Source: the human T2T-CHM13v2.0 reference genome, Homo sapiens. Taken from it: a DNA stretch of 64,000 bases. The notes beneath the pieces were generated by a model. It was given only the letters and a program-made list of their open reading frames with translations. It was not told the DNA's origin and did no database searches. The stretch's first letter is position 1. Every line of letters begins with the position of its first letter. Positions 27,409 through 42,270 of the stretch are shown in pieces. The position numbers and the translations under genes are program-made. Location: assembly GCF_009914755.1 (NCBI RefSeq), contig NC_060939.1. One strand, 5' to 3'.

Positions 27409-27939
27409 TAACATAGACTTTTGATTGTCTATTAAAAGGAAAATAAGTACCTAGACATGCATATTTGAGAAGAAAGCCCCCACAAAGCCGTCACTTCTGA
27501 TTATGGATGTCAGCTCAAGTTTTTACGTTTGAATCTCTGCCACTCCACAGAAAATCCATCCTCCCTTATACCAACATTCCTTTGCAGTAAGCATTTTCCC
27601 CAGTTTACCATTGCTTCTGGATGAAGATGGATGGATCTGCATCTGGCATTCTAATTAGATTAGAGAATAATGACCAGAAAGATCTTGAGGACGCAAGGGT
27701 AATTTATTACTCATATTACTTCCACCCTATCGAAGAAGTGTTCAGACGTAAAGTGTCTAATTCCCCCAGAATTCACTTATCATACTTGGAGAACAAAACA
27801 CAAGTTGGAAGCGAGGAATGCCTCCACACTTTGGCTCTGTTACAGTGGGGTCATGGGGAGCACTTAGATATTTCCAACTATTTCTGTAGACTTTCTACTT
27901 AGAGGATAATTTTACCTACAGGAAAAGAGGATGGTGGTA

Positions 27940-28470
<531 letters not shown>

Positions 28471-28760
28471 CCCAAATGAACACTTGCTGTGAATGCTAAT
28501 TAACTCACCTGACATCCAGCAACCACAGCCCAAGCATCACAGTGCCCAGTGGCAATTTGCTAGAGCTCCTTGGCATGCAATAATGGTGCCATGTAAATAC
28601 AATAACTTGCATGCTATTTTATTCATTTCAGAGCCAAAGCCTGAATTAACAGGTAGAGAAACTATGGTGCTCTGAAGGCAGGGGCTGGGGCCCTAACATA
28701 AGGTTGGCACATCTTCTTCTGCCCACCGTTGCTTCTCTCCTCAGAACAGGCCCTCTAGCT

Positions 28761-28774
28761 CCAGCAGGTGGCAC
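28761..28774 (+). promoter_or_regulatory. CTCF core motif (candidate)
   Basis: CCAGCAGGTGGCAC matches CCASYAGRKGGCRS at all positions; lies in locally GC-richer, apparently unique DNA. Confidence 0.5.
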
Positions 28775-28939
28775 TGCCCCTGGGATTCAAGCAGATGCCC
28801 TCTGCCATCCCGAGAGCTCAATTGGCCAGTAGATTCATTTCTTTCCACTTCATTTACCTGCTGTTTGGTGTTGCAGGCAGAAGAAAGAGGTAGCTTTGAT
28901 GGGATGGAAAGACCATTTGATCATCCAGTGGCTGGACCA

Positions 28940-29075
28940 TTTTCTAGGAGGGGAATTTTGAGCAAATCACTTAGCAGCAATGTCCTAAGTTTCCTCATCT
29001 GTAAAATAGGATTGAGGCTGATACCTACGCCATGTGTAGGATTAAGTGTGAATGTGAATGAGATGCAAAATACAG
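28940..29075 (+). mobile_element. MIR core
   Basis: ttgagcaaatcacttag...agtttcctcatctgtaaaatagg. Confidence 0.75.
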
Positions 29076-29119
29076 GATGGACTGACACGGAGAACAGAAT
29101 GGGAAGAAGAAAATTCACA

Positions 29120-29320
29120 TTTAATTAACATCTATATCCTGTGTATATAAATATGCATGACACTTTGTACACATCGCTTCATTTATTTCTCACAAGTTTG
29201 TCCAGATGGATATTGTCACCCCCTTTTCAGATGAGGAAACAGGACACAGCAAGATTAATTGACCCAGCCAAGGTCCATAGCCAGTTTGCCACAGATGTGG
29301 ATTTGAATTAAGGTGAGTTT
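29120..29320 (-). mobile_element. MIR
   Basis: cccttttcagatgaggaaacaggacacag...ccaaggtccatagccagt. Confidence 0.75.
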
Positions 29321-29526
29321 CATTTGACTGGCACAGTCCCACACTGCCACTCCATAGCAGAAGTGGAGGTGCTGCTTTGTAAACTTGTGAGGAGGAACAG
29401 AAAGGAGGCTAGTGCGGCCAGAAGATGTGGAGCACAGGGGAGGAGGAGGTATATGAGGAGCTGGGAGAGGCAGGCAGTAACTGGACCACATGGGGCCTGC
29501 AGGCCTTGGTAAGAAGTCTGAATTTT

Positions 29527-29807
29527 GGCTGGACGTGGTGGCTTACACCTGTAATCCCAGCACTTTGGGAGGCTGAAGTGGGTAGATCAGGAGTTCAGGA
29601 GCAGCCTAGCCAACATGGTGAAACCCCATGTCTACTAAAAATACAAAAATCAGCCAGGTATGGTGGCATACACCTGTAATTCCAGCTACTCAAGAGGCTG
29701 AAGCAGGAGAATTGCTTGAACTCAGAGGCAGAGGTTGCAGTGAGCCAAGATTGCGCCACTGCACTCCAGTCTGGGTGACAGAGTGAGACTCCGTCTCAAA
29801 AAAAAAA
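29527..29807 (+). mobile_element. AluS with a ~10-nt left-arm deletion
   Basis: gggtagatcaggagttc (cacctgaggt missing); TSD aagtctgaatttt. Confidence 0.96.
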
Positions 29808-30309
29808 AAGTCTGAATTTTATTGTAGTTTTCATGGGAATGTCTCAAAAGAATCTAGATGGAGACTCTTGCCTGTGCTGTCCACACCAGATGATTCATAC
29901 AAGCTCCCTGCATGTTGACATTTGCAGTTTTTCAGTAGAATTAAGGAATTGCAGCACTATGAATTACCTAGGTCTTCATGGATAGTGACTCTATTTGCCA
30001 TACTGCGTGTCTAACCCATTTCCATTTGAGCAAGAATGTGAATTCTCCCTGGCAGGAACTAGCCATCATCACTGAGAAACCACTGGGCCAAAGGCCAGAA
30101 GGTTCCTTGTTTATCACAGGCTCAGATGGTTTTGCACAAAAGGCCACTGATCCCAGGCTGTCCCCTCCACTTGTCAGAGGTTGGCACTCACAAGTACCCA
30201 AGCCCATGACAACACCCTGTGAGTTCTGATTTATACACAAGCATTTCCTCACCTCCTCCAAACCTTTCGTCCTCAGCAATGGGGAAGAGTGGGCTTCAGA
30301 AGCTTGCAG

Positions 30310-30525
30310 TTGTGATATAAACTGGATTTGGACTTAGATGGACTGATAATTTAGATCCTACACTTTGTGTCAAGGGAGTAAACCTGTTTGAGCTCAGTTT
30401 CCTTATCTACTGATGGTGGTAGAGAAAACAAATCTCACAGGATTGTTGTAGAATAAAAATGTGATGGCATATATGAAAGCACTCTGCACGGCGCTTGTCA
30501 GGTATTAAGTGCTCAAAAATGTGTA
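30310..30525 (+). mobile_element. MIR
   Basis: gagctcagtttccttatct...ctcacaggattgttg...tatatgaaagcactctgcac...taagtgctcaaaaatg. Confidence 0.7.
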
Positions 30526-32279
30526 TTTAAAAAAATTGGAATAGCTAAACCTTGCCACATAAACCTAGGGTCAAATAAGAAACTCCACCTGGGAATTTCA
30601 TAAGCCATATGCATCCTATAGATCTCTGGAACAAGAGAAGAAAAGAACAAGAACACATCCAAATCCAGAAGATTTCTTTGAAATACAAACATCTTCAGTA
30701 TCTAAAAAATATAAAATTTAAATATTAGAATCAGCTAAACTTGGGAGATAAAAAAATGAATAATAAATGCAGGTGGAAATTTAGAGTTTTGTTTAATGCA
30801 TAAAAGGGGAATAATTAACAAATCTCAAAACATGTAAATGAGGGCATAAGAGCATTTTCAAAACACTACATCCAATTTCAGTTACATATGTGGAATTTGC
30901 TGCATTATAATAATTAGGGGTTGTTTTTTTTTTACAAAAGATTTATTTATTTTGAATAGAAGTATTAAATATTATACTAATTACTGGTTATTTTACTTTG
31001 TACCCAGGGAAAAGAAATGAATATTCATTAGCTTCTTAAGCTACTGATCCTCCACTGACTAGACAGATCCCAACATCACCACGAAGCTGCGGGTGGGTAG
31101 AAAATGCTCTCTGCAAAACTGGCCCCATGCTACAAATCACAGCCCAATCTATTCTGCTAATGTGCACATGCTATAACCCCCAAGTGAGTTCTGTTAACAT
31201 TGTACTGACCAGAGCCCCCAGCTGAGTAGCCAATAAGTGAGAATAACTGTTAAATTGATCACAATAGTATTTTTCTGTCTACACAATCCAATAATCTTGA
31301 ACAAGACGAGTCTTAAAATTTGAAACATAATTTTATAACATAAAACTAACATCTCCGTCAGTCTAAAACATGGCTTGTTCATTAAAAAAGAATATTTTAA
31401 CATATTTCAATCATTTTCTGACTTGGCTTTTGATCTTACTCTAAGGGAAATATCCAGAACCAGGCTTAATAACTGTAATTTACAAGGTATTTTCACCATA
31501 GCTCAAAAGGCAAACACTGTGTTTTGTTTTTGTTTTTTTCCTCCAGTGAAAGGGCAAATGAATTAGGCAACGCATTCTTCAAGACGCGAGTTCAGTTAAC
31601 TTTTAATCCTTGTTCGGTTTAGGACACTTCTATGTTGGAGTCCAAGAGCTGCTTGAATTTTTATTTTTATTTTTGTTTTTTTTTGTTGTTGTTGTTAAAT
31701 TTTGTGAACCAATTTAGTGCTCGAGCAAGTCACTAACCCAGAGTGGGAAAGGAGCTGATGGCTCTGAGGAGAATGTGGTCTTGCAGGAGAAGCCACCATT
31801 TCCCCTCCATGGCTTGGCCCCTGATGCTGGTTTGCAGCCCCAGTGGGACATCTCTGCTGGGCAGAAGCTGTTAAATCTGTCAGATTGTGCTGGGAAAGAG
31901 TGAGCAGAGCAGGGTGCACACACTGATGTTTTCTACATGGAAAAACAGCCCTGGGTTCTGCCTCCATGTGGTAGATTATCGGGAGGGGTGGAAATATGCA
32001 AAATACAATCACTTGCTAGAGTCTGCTTTTCAGAAAGCCAGAAAGTTTTTTGGGGTTTTTTTGTGTGTGTTGTTGTTGTTGTTGTTTGTTTTGTTTTTTA
32101 ACTTCCAAGAAAGTAAAAATTCCTGACAGTCTCACCCAGAGAAGAACAAAGAAGAAGGATGTGACTTCACGGGAGGTTTCAAATTCCTGGGGGTTAGGAC
32201 AGAAGAGGACTCATTCAACAGATATTTATTAAGTACAAAGCATGTGCTGTACACTCTTGCCACTTGGTGTGATTCCTGA

Positions 32280-32396
32280 CCCAGCCACATCCACATAATC
32301 TGGGAGCTTCTTAGAAATGCAACTTCAAGCGTCTACCCCTGACCTACTGAATAGCATCCGGAGGTGATATTTCCATTAAAGTTTGAGAAGAGCTGC
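32280..32396. mobile_element. MER5-type hAT-Charlie relic, internally deleted
   Basis: ctgggagcttcttagaaatgca...gacctactgaat...ttaaagtttgagaag. Confidence 0.65.
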
Positions 32397-33119
32397 TAAA
32401 CACTGTTAGGTGCTCACCATGTGTTACAAAAATAAAAATCCAGGACACATATTTACCAAAACTTATTTACTATTTAACTTAAGATATAACTCTAACTGAT
32501 TGCAAGGGACATGGCCTAGGCATGCGCAGTGACAGGAGGTCATCAGGAGCCATTTCCATAGTGACCTTGTGCACCAAGCCAAGGAGGAACCTGGCTTCAA
32601 GGCAGACAAGCATACTTGATCTACCTGATACAATTAAACCAACAGCTACCCTATTTCTAAATTCAGGTCAGAAGGGCTTCCTATGCAACAACTCTAAACG
32701 CTAGAGAAACCTAGGAAATACAGGCTGGTGTCATCTGGTATCCAGCAGGCAATGAGAGAAGGATAGAAGGAAAATTACCCAATTCATTTAGCTGGCTTAT
32801 TTAGGTCCTTCACTAGTCCATGGCCCTTGCATAGGAGAACTCATGAGAGATAGATAAACACTGGGGATGTGTCCACTGATTTCATCGGACAGTTGTGTTA
32901 CATTTTATCTTCATTTTCTGTTCTAATAGATGCTGGTAATATTCCTTGACAGATTGTGTGGATCCACAGATTTTCCAAAACCACATGGAAGTGATTTTAA
33001 AAATACTTTAGAAATTAACGACCTGTGAGGATTTTCTAGGGACTTATACCTGTTCTCTCTGGAGCTTCCTCCAGGACAATCTTTATCAACTTGTCTATTT
33101 CCCAGAAACCTAATTCTAC

Positions 33120-33820
33120 ATTAAAAAAATTTAATTACGAAAGCAATGAATAAATTTGTGTCTTAGAAAAAAATTCACAAACAATACAAAAATGTATAGA
33201 GTAAAAAAGTGAAAAATTGACTAGGTGTGGTGGCTCATGCCTGTAATCTCAGCAATTTGGGAGACTGAGGTGGGAGGATCACTTGAGACCAGAAGTTCAA
33301 GACCAGTTAGGCAATATAGTGAGATCCTGTCTCTACAAAATAAAAATAAATAAATAAATTAGCTGGGCGCGGTGTCACATGCTCATAGTCCTAGCTACTC
33401 AAGAGGCTGAGGTAGGAAGATCACTTGAGACCAGGGGTTCAAGGTTGCAGTGAGCTGTGATCACCACCGTATTCCAGCAGCCTGGGTGACAGGGCAAAAC
33501 CATGTCTCAAAAAAAAGAAGTGAAAATTCCCCTTTACTCTCCTCTCCAAAGGTAATCACTGTTAACATTGGATTGCATTTCTTCAGGTTTTATCCTGTGA
33601 ATTTACATTGTATATGCATACATCAACCTGTAGTAGTTTTATATACTTGAATGATACTATATTATTCTGCAACTTATTTTTTTAATTTTACTTCCATTTT
33701 CCCACTTAATCTGTGTAATTTTAAAATAGCTGCATAATGTTCTATATAGTAGATTTACCCTGTTTGACTTAATCATTCTCTGTTGATGGCTATTTAGATT
33801 ATGTCCAGTCTATTTTTAAG
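33120..33820 (-). mobile_element. L1ME-type 3' remnant split by an Alu
   Basis: aaggtaatcactgttaacatt...attctgcaacttattttt...ttaatcattctctgttgatggctatttag. Confidence 0.65.
33219..33517 (+). mobile_element. AluJ
   Basis: gggaggatcacttgagaccagaagt, gagctgtgatc; TSD aagtgaaaa. Confidence 0.95.
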
Positions 33821-33829
33821 GAATTATAA

Positions 33830-34210
33830 TAAGAGTTCCAAGATACCCAGATATGAGAGTGACATATGAAAACCAAGAGGTTCCCCATGCATCATCAATA
33901 ATTAATTTATATAGAGATGTCATTTTCAAAAAGCTCATTCACAGTAACAAAAGAAGAAATGTACAAGAACAATATGGGGCAAAAAATCTAATTTTATTGA
34001 TTGACATGAAAGAAGACCAAATTGTTTAGATATATCCTTTGTTCCTAGATGAGACTATTTAATATTGTAAACATATTAGTTATCTCAATTATCTTTATAC
34101 AAATCAAAGCAATTCCAGAGACATGCCAGTGGGATAGTTTATGCAACTTGAAAATCAGTATAGAATTCTTCTAGAATAGTGTGAGGAATAGCCAAGTAAA
34201 TTTGGGGAGG
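33830..34210 (+). mobile_element. Old L1 ORF2 fragment
   Basis: catgaaagaagaccaaa...gagactatttaatattgtaaac...caaagcaattccag. Confidence 0.55.
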
Positions 34211-34708
34211 AGAAAGAAAACACAGCCAAGATACCATGAGTTTTGGTGAGTGGATTTTATTTATCTCCAATATCAACACAAGTTAGGAGCCCAGAGCCAC
34301 CAGTATAAGTCATGTTTTTGGAACGGACACCTGGGATTGTCAGGGGGCAGTGGGGGAGGACATAGGGAGAGAGAATTCAATTTAAGATAAATTTGCAAAT
34401 CAAAAAATATTACCACTAAGAAAATCAATCAGTCAAGTCAACATATTCTTTGTGATCAATGGTCAGTTATGTAATAGTAAACTTTTAAGGGCTATTTGAA
34501 AGAAATGTGGATTCCCTCTTTGTTGGCTATTAGACACACAGATTCATAACCAAGCTTGTTGAGTTCACACATACACACCAAAAAAAAAAAAATCACTTTT
34601 TTTGCTTGGTTTGCTTGATGTGTTGACTCCTGATGGATGTGAGCACTTGAGCTTTTCTTCAGTTTAGGAAAAATTTTCTTTTACTATAGCTTTGATTATT
34701 TCCCACTA

Positions 34709-34820
34709 TTTGTTTGTTTCTTTCTTTCTCTTTCTCTCTCTCTCTCTCCTTTTCTCCCTCCTCCCTGTCCTATTTTGTCCTCCTACTCCTCTTTCTCTCC
34801 CTCTTTCTTTTTCCTCTATT
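34709..34820. repeat. CT-rich polypyrimidine low-complexity tract
   Basis: Read directly from the sequence. Confidence 0.9.
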
Positions 34821-36755
34821 GTCCTGTAGAAGATCCAATATTGGGGATATGTCTGTTTACTTCCTTGTAGTGTCAATTGCCTGTTCATTCATCCCTCATA
34901 TTTCCTCCATATCGAAGTTAGTTTTAAGATTTGTTTAGATTCTGGTTTAACTCCTTGACAATAATACTCTATAGATTTTAGCCAGTACTTTGTAACTGTA
35001 TCATGTCAGGAGGCACAAAGTCTGATTCTAAGACTGATCAGTGGGTTTGAGAGATAATATTCTGATTCCTCCTTTGTAAAGTTTCCCATTGAAATTTCAT
35101 CTAACGGTATTATCATTAATGATTACCTAGTCTTATTAGAGATTGAAAATGGTGACTTTCTAATTGCATTATTCCTTACATGCTTATATGAAATTTTTAC
35201 ATAATGAAAAACTTTCATGCATCGCCTGAGCTATTTGATAACCCCAATATATATTTCATACAGGAAATACAAGTAAATGGTTAATCTTTCCCTATAATCG
35301 ACAGCTGTTAGAGTAAAGAGCTATTGTCCTACTTCATTCCAATGGTGTCTAATAAGGTGTTTTTGTTTGTTGGCTTTTGGGGCTTTTTTCATTTTTTGCA
35401 TATCACAGAATCATGTGTTTTTATATATTTAATGTACTTCAATAAACAGAATTCACTAGTATTTTTGGTGCTAAAACTTTCCCATCTCTAGCCAAGGAGG
35501 TTCCTTCATGTTGGCTCTTGTGTCCCTTTGATCATGACTCATTAGTTTTTCATAGCTCCCTTGTTTTCAGGCACGAAACATCCCAGAATTGTAGATTTCT
35601 TGTCCCAGACCTGGAATAAGTTACTTCTCCAAGGAGTCTTGATTTCTTTTGATATTTAGAAACCACAATTCGGGTGCTAGATAGGCTTGTTGTCATTGGA
35701 CTTCCTGGACTTTTCATATCTTCAGTGGGCAAAACTAGGAAAATGTGTATTTTTAAAAAAGAAAAAATGAGTTTATGCTGACATTTCTAATTCAAATCTA
35801 ACATCACAATATTTTAATGTAATTTTTGAGGTTCTATAACTATTTCTTATATCCTACACTCAAAATCTTGGTTCTTAAGAACGTTCATATACTTAAGTAC
35901 ATTATCCTATTCCCTATGTATGTGCATATATATATTGAAATAAAAACATATTACCACTAGCAATGTAACAGAGTAAAATTTACAATTTCTTTACAGCACT
36001 TTTTGTCTTCAGACTATATTCCACTAAGAATGTACAGTGAAAACACTATATTACTTGAAATAACTATGTTCTCCATGAGATTATATCACCAAATTGATAT
36101 GTTAGTTTCATTAATATCCATTGGTTTTTAATTTCTTAAGCTTCTTTCTTTTGTATTTGATTAATATTTAAAACATTATATGATGCTACAATTGAAAGTT
36201 ATTTATAAGGCATATTCAGAGCAATCTTCTTGCTTCCATTCCTATTTCCTTTACCTGTTAATGTCCCTTCCCCATAGATTAGTCAAAAACTAATAAAAAT
36301 GGTTATTTTTCAGTGGTTTTTTTTTTTTTTGCAAATATATTAGTTTTGTAGTTTCTACATACATAATTATCCCATTTACAAATAATGATTTTTTTATTTC
36401 TTCTTTTCCAGCTCTGTATTTATTTTCTTTGTTTTATTGCCCTGGCTAGAACACCCACTATAATGTTGAATAGAAGTGGTGATAGAGGTATTCTGCGGTA
36501 TTCTTTCTGCTGAGTGAAAGCTTTTAATATTTCGTGGTAATGTTTGCTGCAGGTATTTCATAAATAGTCTTTATCAAATTAAGGACATCTTCCATTTCTA
36601 GTTTGCTAAGGGTTTTTAATAAATGAATGAATGTTTATCAAGTGTTTTTGCTGCATCTGTTAAGATGATCATGAGATTTTTCTCCTTAAGGTAATATAAT
36701 GAATTATATTAATTTTTGAATGCTAAACCAACCTTACATTCTTGGAATAACCAAA

Positions 36756-37319
36756 TGTGGTGTGTAAGGATGGGGTTAAGTTGCAAGTAGTCAATGGTAG
36801 CTAGTCTTAGTTCTAGGTTCTAGTCTTAGCTCTAGGGAATACAAGAAATCTGGCACCAACCCTTAACCAAGATGTAGATGAAATGCACTAGCTTGTAATG
36901 TGTTGCTTAAAGTCCAAAATTTCCCAGAGGCACCTTCTACCAGCTTGTCTATATTGTTTATTGAAAATGTGCATATTGGTGCTTTACAACTGGTTTACCT
37001 CGTTATGCAGGCTGATTTTAACTATGTGACTTGTAGGATATAAAAGCCCCTCAAGTCAATTTGCGTCTTGGAATTCCTGAGACCAAAGCATCCCACATGT
37101 ATTGGTTGTTGACAAATCAAAGAGGTTGCAGATTCTGTAAGACTGAAAAAGGAAATTGGAAGCTATGTCTAGAAATCTGAGATTTCTCTCATGTTTTCTT
37201 CGTGCATTCTTTTTCCTGCTGTATCGTATCCTTCACCTTCATTAAAGCTTTACGTGTTGTGTATATTCCTTTGGAATCTCATAAGTTTTTCACTTAGCCA
37301 ACACTTTGTAATTGCTGCA
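36756..37319 (+). mobile_element. Solo LTR (MER21/MER68/MER77-like) inserted in L1
   Basis: TG...CA ends, tataaaag at about 37039, attaaa at about 37241; L1 text cattcttggaataacc|cttagtcataatgta rejoins across it; family uncertain. Confidence 0.6.
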
Positions 37320-39473
37320 CTTAGTCATAATGTACCATACTTGTTATTTATCCTTGGATTTGGCTTGCTAATATTTTGGTTAGGATTTTTGAATCTTTAC
37401 TTATGGGAAAGATTTGGCTGTCATTTTCCTTTCTTATGTTTTTATCATGCCAGGTTTTGGTATCGGATCCTTCTGGCTTTATAAAAATAGTTGGGATGTT
37501 CCTTTTTTTATTCTTTGAAATATTTTGTATAAGACTGGTTTTACTTCTTCCTTAAATATTAAGTAGAACCCACTATTGAAGACAGCTGGGCCTGGTGTTT
37601 TGTAGGTAGAAAGTTTTTCATTATAAATTTATTTAAATGTTTAGTATTATACAGGTTTTTCTATTTCTTCCTGTATACATTTTGGAAAGTTGTATTTTTC
37701 TAGGAATTTTTCTACTTCATCTAAATTTTCTAACTTCTTAGCATAAAGTTGGTGGTAATATTCCACTATTATCTTTTTAATGGTGAAAAGATTTTTTTGT
37801 AACTTGCTTATTTGTATTCTTCATATTGGTTATTTAAGCAATCTTTATTTTTTCCTTGATCAGACTCACCATGGATTTATCCATTTTCATAGGTTTTCTT
37901 AAAAGAAACTTTGGGCTGTATTGATTTCCTCATGCATTTTGTTCTTATTAATTTTTGCTCTTATGAAAACTTCTTTCCTTTTACACTATCTAGTTTTAGT
38001 TTCTGACCCTTTCTTACTTCTTGAGACAGGTGCTTAGATTACTGGCTTTCATCCTTCCTTCCTTTTTAACATCTGTTTTTAGTACTATACTTTCTAAGAA
38101 GGCTGTAGCTGCCTCTCACAAGTTTTGATATGTAGTATTTTCATTATCATTCAGTTCAGAATATTCTCTAATTTCCTGTGTGATTTCTTCTTTCTTATCA
38201 TATTTAGATATGTATTGCTTAATTTCCAAACATATGATAATTGGCTCACTTTCTTTGTGGTTATTTCTTCCTAGCTTAGTACGACTATGGTCGGAGAACA
38301 TACTTTATATCATTTTAATACATTGAAATGTATTCATCTTTGCTTTATGGCCAAAAGTCGTCAATTTTGGGAAATTCTCACTTGCATTTAAAAAGAATGT
38401 CTAGTCTTCAGCATTGAGTTTTGTATAATATCTCTCAATTCAGTCAAGTTTGTTAAACATGTTGCTGTAAACATCTACATTCTTAATGATTTTTGGTCTG
38501 CTTGTTCTTTCTGTTACCCAGAGATGTGTTGAGGTCAGCCACCATGATGGTGGATTTATTGGTTTCTTAGACCTGCCAATGTTCTGACAGAGTTCGTATT
38601 GTTACGTTTTCCAGGCGAGTTGAAGCTTTTATCATAAAATGCTCCTCTTCAGTTTAGGTTGGCATGCTATATTTTTTTCTCAGACTTTTAACTTTTTCAT
38701 ATCCTTATATTTGAGATATGCCTTGTTTTAGCAGCATGCAGTTGGGTTTGGTCTTTGTATTGAGTCTGAAAATTTTTGTATTTTAATTGGGATATTTGTT
38801 TCATTTTTCTATAATGCAATTTCTGATATATTTGGGATTAAATACACCACCTTTCTATTTTTTTCTATTTGTACCTATTCATCTCTCTTTTTCCCTTTCT
38901 TCTTGCCTTCCACTAGATTGATTTTGTTATGATTATTCCATTTTCTCCTCCTTTGGCTTGGGAAAGTTATACATTCTATTACTATTCTTTGTAGTTATAA
39001 ATTATTTTTATGAATTCTTTTACTATTCTTTCAGTGGTTCTCCTGAGATTATAAAATGCATTCTTAATTTATCAAAGTCTAATACAAATCAGTATTTTCA
39101 CCACTTCCTTGACTAGGCAAGGCTTTAGAACTTGTATGGTATGGCTATTACATATTTTACTTCTCTCTATACATAAATTTCATCCAATAGTATTATTGTT
39201 ATAATTGTTTTATACTATCAATATCTATTTAGATTTAGTTACATGTTTACCATTTCTGTTCTTCATTCTTTGTCCATTTGCAATCTTCTATTTGGTATCA
39301 TTCCTTCCTGCATGAAGAACATCTTTATTATTTCCTTTAGTATAGGCCTAAATTACCAGTTTATTTCCTGGCTGAAAATATTTTTGTTTCACCTTCTTTT
39401 TGGAGGGTCTTTTTACTGGGTATAAATGTCTAGGCACTTTCATAATAATATTCATTTATCTTCCAGGTTCTAA

Positions 39474-39770
39474 TTTTTTTTCTTTTTTTGAGACAGAGTC
39501 TTGCTCTATTGCCCAGGCTGGAGTGGAGTGGTACAATTTTGGCTCACTGCAACGTCTGCCCCGCGGGTTCAAGCAATTCTTGTGCTTCAGCCTCCGTGTA
39601 GCTGGGACTACAGGCGCATGACACCACGCCCTGCTAATTTTTACGTTTTTTGTAGAGACAGGGTTTTGCCATGTTGGCCAGGCTGGTTTCGAACTCCTGA
39701 CCTCAGGTGATACGCCCACCTCAGCCTCCTAAAGTGTTGGGATTACAGGCATGAGCCACCGCACCTGGCC
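39474..39770 (-). mobile_element. Full-length AluSx-like
   Basis: cgaactcctgacctcaggtgat; T tail. Confidence 0.96.
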
Positions 39771-39773
39771 TGA

Positions 39774-40279
<506 letters not shown>

Positions 40280-41759
40280 CTTTCCAAATTTTTTAATCTT
40301 GCTTTTTAATTTCCTTGAATGTTCTGAGCACAGTTATTTCAAAGTCCTTGTTTTATATTCTGTTGTCTAGAGCCTCTGTTACTATTTTCTGTTATTTCCC
40401 TTGGTTTCAGTCTTGTTATCTTGCCTCCTTATGTGTCTGGTTACTTTTTAATCAAATATCAAATATTGTATGTTAAAAATTATAGTGGTAACTTCAGTTA
40501 TGTGGAGACATTATCTTCCTCCAGAGAGAATTTTCATTTGCTTCTGGAAGGCATTTAGGCTAAGGGCACTTGCATTTCCAGATCACGTTAGTTGGAGATT
40601 GAGATGCTTCAAAGCAGGGCTTCCATTCTTGTCTGGTCTATTTTTATGTTATAGTCCATTATGATCCTAACTACATGCTTGGAGGTTTTAAAAGTCTGGC
40701 CTCTCTTTGTCAAATCCTAAAATCTAGTTCTTGTCCTGTGGACCCTTAAACCTCTCAAGACTCTGCTCAGTTTCCCCCTTGTCACTTGTCTCCTCTAAGC
40801 AGGACCAAAGCCTTTTAAAGGAAAGCAGGCCCCAAATTACAGGCCCCATGATTCTTCAGTGCCTTTGTGGCTTCCCGATTTTTATTTTGTCATTTCTATG
40901 TGACTTAAGGATGCAAAAGAATTTAGCTTCCTGTAATATGTTTAGCTGACTCTCCAGAATCAGAAGCCAGTTCTAATTTATTTCTATCTAAAACAGTAAT
41001 ATTTCAGAAATGTAAACAAATTTATGACTTTGGACACATGATTCTTTTCCATTAAACATATATATGTCATATGTATGTCTATCTGTGTATATACACATTT
41101 CCTTTTTACAAGCATGTGTAAAGAGAGAGGGACTGGGATGTGTGAAGTAAGTTTTATAAGTTAGCATTTCTCTAAAAAGTTTCCTGGTGGTCTTCTGTAG
41201 CCATTGTGGGACTGATTCCTTGTTTAAAAGTAGTAAGAGAAGAAAATTGAGTAAAGGGAATTAAGAGATCTCTCCACTCCTGCTAAGACTAGCTGTGCTG
41301 CAGGTGAGCTGCTACTGCTGTTTTAAGTTCAGGAGAAAGTAGAGGTTAGAGACTTAATGTCAAGAACTGACATTATGCTTCAAGACCAAGCCTTTAGTTT
41401 GGGTCTTGAATGCTTCCTTGACCTTCCAGTGACCATGGTTGAAACAGCGAACAGCTTTGTTTAGAACTTCAAAGACGTTTTTGGCCTTGGTGTTCCAAAT
41501 ACATTCTAATATTTTACAGCCTTTTCTTTTTCCTTCAGTGACTCTCTTCCTATAACTTTGTGTAAAGAGCAGAATACCAACTGTCTAAGAGAATATCTAT
41601 TCCAGATTCTCAAATTGGGTATTATTTTGTGTGAAATGGGACAATTCCAAAAGAATGAGATAAACTCAAATCATAGTTGACAAAATCTACATGTGAATTT
41701 GCCATATTTAAAATGCAATACTTCCTCAAATTTGAAAAAGGACAATCCAAATCGTTTAG

Positions 41760-42010
41760 TGTTTATTCATTCAACAAACGTTTTATTGAGCTCCTACTCT
41801 GTGCTGGATACTCAGCATACAATGTTAAATAAGACATACTTTTGTCCCCAAGGAGTTCTATCTAGTAAAGTAGAAGGATATGAGAACACTAACTATAACA
41901 AAATATGATAATAAATACATGATGAAGATGAGTATATATTATTCTAGGGCAAGAGATAAAGGAAGATTAAATCCACCTCGGGGGAGCTAGGAAATACTTA
42001 AGCTAGTCTT
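41760..42010 (-). mobile_element. L2 3' end
   Basis: ttcattcaacaaacgttttattgagctcctactctgtgctgg...aataagacatac. Confidence 0.8.
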
Positions 42011-42039
42011 ATTCAAATGTAACTTCCTATTTCTTACTT

Positions 42040-42270
42040 TCCTTGATGTTTTCAGACTGGATTAATTACTTTTTATCCGTGTTTTCACTTTATATCTTCA
42101 TCAAAATTCATCAACCGTATCAGTTATCACACTTTTGTATAGTTATCATTTTCTCCATCAAGTTGTAAGTTTCTTGAGAACATGATACAGCTCTTACTCA
42201 TCTTTGTATTTCCAGTACCCAAGAACACAATATAAACTCACTGAATATTTTTTGATACATAAATGTATAC
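42040..42270 (+). mobile_element. L2 3' end
   Basis: ttgtaagtttcttgagaac...ctcatctttgtatttccagtacc...ctcactgaatatttttt. Confidence 0.65.

Noticed and set aside
27621-27902. ATG-initiated 93-aa ORF in apparently unique DNA
   Set aside because: No recognisable homology, promoter or exon structure; this length is expected by chance. PhyloCSF or ribosome profiling would be needed to revive it.
41760-42270. Inverted L2 pair as a miR-28/151-like hairpin
   Set aside because: The 3' ends point outward rather than meeting tail to tail, and I see no long complementary stem.
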